Assembly (NCBI GenBank): GCA_964035545.1 | Contig: OZ037771.1 | Location: forward strand, 9,800,480 to 9,864,479 | Length of the DNA stretch: 64,000 nt | Direction: 5' to 3' | Origin: Bugula neritina | Lineage: Eukaryota; Animalia; Bryozoa | In this document: positions 62,501 to 64,000 of the stretch, one piece after another | Layout: every line of letters starts with the position of its first letter | Numbering within the stretch: the stretch's first letter is position 1 | The notes under the pieces: model-generated | Told to the model about the DNA's origin: nothing | Database searches by the model: none | What the model saw: only the letters and a program-made list of their open reading frames with translations | Made by a program: the position numbers and the translations under genes

Positions 62501-63577
62501 TACTGAAGTACACTGTAAAATATTAAAATACACTGCAACACATTGGAATATACTGCAACACACTGAAATATACTGTAACATACTGAAACATGAGTAATAT
62601 ACTGAAAGATGCCTCAACATACTCAAATACACTGCAACACATTGAAATACACTGCAACACACTGAAATATACTGCAACACACTGAAATGTACTTCAACAT
62701 AATGAAAAACACTGCAACATATCAAAGTATGTTGTTATATACAGACATGTACTGAAACATACTGAAACATACTGAAATACACTGCAACAAGTTGGAATAT
62801 ACTGCAACATACCCAAGTATATGGTAATATAATGAAATATACTGCAACATACCGCAACATATTGAAAAACACTGTAACAAACTGAAATACGCTGCAACAC
62901 ATTGGAATATACTGCAATATACCCAAATAAATGGTAATATACTGAAATATACTGAAATACACTGTAACACATTGAAAAATACTGCAACATACTGAAACAC
63001 ACTACAACTCACTGAAGTATAGTGTAACTTACTGAAACATACTGCAACATACTGAAATACACTGTTACATACTAAAATACACTGCAACATACTAAAATAC
63101 ACTGCAACATTCTGCAACATTCTGCAACATACTTCAACATACTGAAATACACTGTAACAAACTGAAATACGCTGCAACACATTGGAATATACTGCAACAT
63201 ATCCCAATAAATGGTAATATACTGAAATATATTGAAATACACTGTAACACATTGAAAAATACTGCAACATACTGAAACACACTACTACTCACTGAAGTAT
63301 AGTGTAACTTACTGAAATGTACTGTAAAATACTGATATTTACTGCAACACACTGAAACATACTGCAACATACTGAAATACACTGTTACATACTAAAATAC
63401 ACTGCAACATACTAAAATACATTGCAACAATCTGCAACATTCTGCAACATACTTCAACATACTGAAATACACTGTAACAAACTGAAACACGCTGCAACAC
63501 ATTGGAATATACTGCAACATACCCAAATAAATGGTAACATACTGAAATATACTGAAATACAATGTAACACATTGAAA
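56552..63577. repeat. 3,507-bp tandem duplication (two essentially identical copies)
   Basis: Constant offset of 3,507 (56917/60424, 58748/62255, 59627/63134) with identical translations. The junction is near 60059-60070. Confidence 0.92.
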
Positions 63578-64000
63578 AATACTGCAACACACTGAAAGAC
63601 ACTACAACTCACTGAAGTATAGTGTAATATACAAAAACGTACTGTAACATAGTGATATTTACTGCAACACACTGAAATATACTGCAACATACTGAAATAC
63701 ACTGTTACATGCCAAAATAAACTGCAACATACTGCAACATACTGCAACATACTGAAATACACTGTAACATACTCAAATACACTGCAACATTCTGCAACAT
63801 ATTGAAATATACTGCAACACACTGAAATATACTGCAACACATCCAAGTAGACTGTAATATACGGACATGTACTGTAACATACTGAAACAAAATGAAATAT
63901 ACTGTAACACTCTGAGTAATACTGCAAAATGCTGAAATATACGGTAACACAGTGAAGTATACTGCAAAATTCTGAAACATACTGCAACATAGTAAAACAT

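Larger units (their letters stand above)
46119..64000. repeat. 10-bp monomer satellite array (right block), runs off the window end
   Basis: Same monomers and orientation as the left block, with its own diagnostic variants (catgagcaat, gatgcctc, aacgaactg, ccgcacaat). Confidence 0.99.

Noticed and set aside
254-64000. Hundreds of minus-strand ORFs (MLQYISVCCSVFQYVAV..., up to 421 aa)
   Set aside because: Artefact of the repeat. The minus-strand decamer rarely contains a stop codon, and because 10 is not divisible by 3 all three frames give the same 10-aa pattern. The ORFs overlap in all frames and show no domain or frame preference.
1-64000. Telomeric repeat array
   Set aside because: Monomers are heterogeneous with complex higher-order structure and lack the G-runs of telomerase-type repeats.

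Overview
Eukaryotic, gene-free, heterochromatin-like window. About 59 kb is one 10-bp-monomer satellite (consensus ATACTG[C/A/T]AA[C/T], e.g. ATACTGCAAC, ATACTGAAAT, ACACTGTAAC). It shows nested higher-order structure: a ~230-bp landmark unit, block duplications at offsets of 450, 700, ~2,450-2,500, 3,507 and 10,820 bp, and a near-perfect 15,379-bp tandem duplication. The only non-satellite DNA is two same-orientation copies (about 96-97% identical by eye) of a ~2.58-kb non-autonomous DNA transposon at 39970-42545 and 43544-46118. Both have CACAG...CTGTG ends, long imperfect TIRs and their own 2-bp target-site duplication (AT, AC), confirmed by empty-site copies of the satellite nearby; this fits the CMC clan (EnSpm/CACTA or Mirage type). 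Each copy carries an internal 73-nt tRNA-like RNA polymerase III unit (A box, B box, T8 terminator; minus strand). That unit is about 6-fold more divergent between the copies than the rest of the element, and in copy 1 it contains a 12-mer identical to the satellite target site. The many minus-strand ORFs are artefacts of the repeat, and no protein-coding gene is supported.
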